Below are positions 62,559 through 64,000 of a stretch of DNA of 64,000 bases, in pieces; the first letter of the stretch is position 1, and each line of letters begins with the position of its first letter. The notes under the pieces were generated by a model that was not told the origin of the DNA, did no database searches, and worked only from the letters and a program-made list of their open reading frames with translations. Made by a program: the position numbers and the translations under genes. The stretch is from the human T2T-CHM13v2.0 reference genome, Homo sapiens, in the NCBI RefSeq assembly GCF_009914755.1, contig NC_060933.1; one strand, written 5' to 3'.

Positions 62559-62788
62559 CTACCAGCTCAGGAAGCACCTGTCCCACCTTCGGCATATGAA
62601 GCAGCTTGGAGCTGGAGATGTGGACAGATGGAGGCAAGAGTCTACAGCATTGCTCCTCCAGGTTTGGAGGAAGGAACTGGAACTAAAATTCCCCCAAACC
62701 ACTGCAGTAAGCAAGGCCCCCAAGAGTCCATCCAAGGGCACCTCAGGCACAAAGTCCACCAAGCACTCAGTGCTTAAGCAAATCTATG
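62559..62788 (+). CDS. INVS: INVS coding exon 15 (230 nt), SYQLRKHL...LKQIY
   Basis: caaccag|C acceptor, ATG|gtaact donor; phase 2 to 1. Confidence 0.96.
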
Positions 62789-62894
62789 GTAACTGTCCTT
62801 CTGCCTACTTTGTAGTTCACAAGTACCCCCAGAGTACCACATCAGAATCTGAAGTAGAATTTAATTACATTGGGTAAACTTCCATTCAGATAAA

Positions 62895-62964
62895 TTAGGT
62901 TGGTGCAAAATTAATTGTATTATTAAAAATGGTCAAAACTGCAATTAATTTTGCACCAACCTAA
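62895..62964. mobile_element. MADE1 (Hsmar1-derived MITE)
   Basis: TIRs ttaggttggtgcaaaa / ttttgcaccaacctaa, followed by TA. Confidence 0.92.
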
Positions 62965-63577
62965 TATTTCTCAAGCACCATTTCATTCCTGCCTCCCAGC
63001 GATACTGGGTCATAATTGTTTGGTTTCGTGAGGCATTCTAGCATCTCAGCCCAGAGTGCCCTCAAGCTTTACTGTTTAAACCTCTCCAGACCCCTGCTTG
63101 AGTCTCCTCCTTGCATTACCCATTTGGAGCATTCACGACTTAGCTAGACTCTGCCTGTATCACTTTGACTTTTCCTATGCTGAGATGTTATAGGGTTGCC
63201 CACTATGAGAATGCTCAACACCCATGCACTATAGTAAATATTTGTTCAGCAGATTAACTGCTGTAAATTGAAACATTTTCAGCTCTGCAAAGAGCCCATC
63301 CAAATAGACCCAGTAGAGTTCAAGAAGCCTTGCTGGCTCAAGAGAAAAAAAGATAAGCAAGAGCACCTTTAGAAAGATCTCCTACAGCATGAACTTTAAC
63401 ATTCATTTAGCAAAATCTCAGGACTTTACCCTGGGCCTACATGTTTCCACACCATACCTAACTTATCTTGACACACACCTGCAAGCTCAAGCCTTTACCA
63501 CAATAAGGAATTCAGAAGTTGGTCAGGCCAAACGTATCCCTGGCCAAAGAAAAGTAACAGTTGTTGGTTCATTTCAG

Positions 63578-63652
63578 GTTGTTCTCACGAAGGGAAAATA
63601 CATCATCCTACAAGATCTGTAAAAGCCTCTTCTGTGCTGCGTCTCAACTCAG
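63578..63652 (+). CDS. INVS: INVS coding exon 16 (75 nt), GCSHEGKIHHPTRSVKASSVLRLNS
   Basis: catttcag|GT acceptor, CAG|gtaagg donor; phase 1 to 1; terminal exon lies beyond the window. Confidence 0.95.
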
Positions 63653-64000
63653 GTAAGGCAGCCACTGCAAAGCAGATGGTGGGGAAGAACATGGGGAAGC
63701 ATTTTCCTTTGTTTCATCCCCAAAGACAGAAGACATTAGAACAGATATGGCCAGGGTTTTCCAATGGTCATTTGATTTCATGGGATTATTACTGTAGCCA
63801 ACATCTGTCTCCCTAAGAGGCAAATTATTTTCACAACTAAAAGCTATTATTGTTAACATTAACTCCAACAGAAATAAATGGTAGCTATTATTGATCACTT
63901 TTACACATTTTTTCACACAAAGGAAATAAATGAAAATACTGTCACTCTTCAAAGGAATACCTTGGGAATCCTTGTTCCATTTTGGTGTCACACTATGATC

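Overview
Human (hominid) genomic DNA covering coding exons 6-16 of INVS (inversin/NPHP2) on the + strand. All 11 exons have GT-AG boundaries and join in one frame (ankyrin repeats, two D-boxes, two IQ motifs). Introns are dense in repeats: two antisense L1PA elements, more than 30 Alus, MER41/MER21/MaLR LTRs, a MADE1 MITE, MIR and L2. The main unexplained signal is a series of minus-strand exon-like blocks in intron 12 (40680-49593). They have canonical acceptors and donors and share a phase-2 reading frame with about one stop per block. Ankyrin-like remnants also occur in intron 14. Together they look like a decayed multi-exon gene lying antisense within INVS; I could not identify the protein. 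Also notable: a 510-nt in-frame exitron in exon 14, inverted Alus bracketing exon 11, a head-to-head Alu pair 29 bp apart, and a repeatedly reused insertion site. Exon numbering and repeat subfamily names come from recognition, not a database search; repeat boundaries are approximate.
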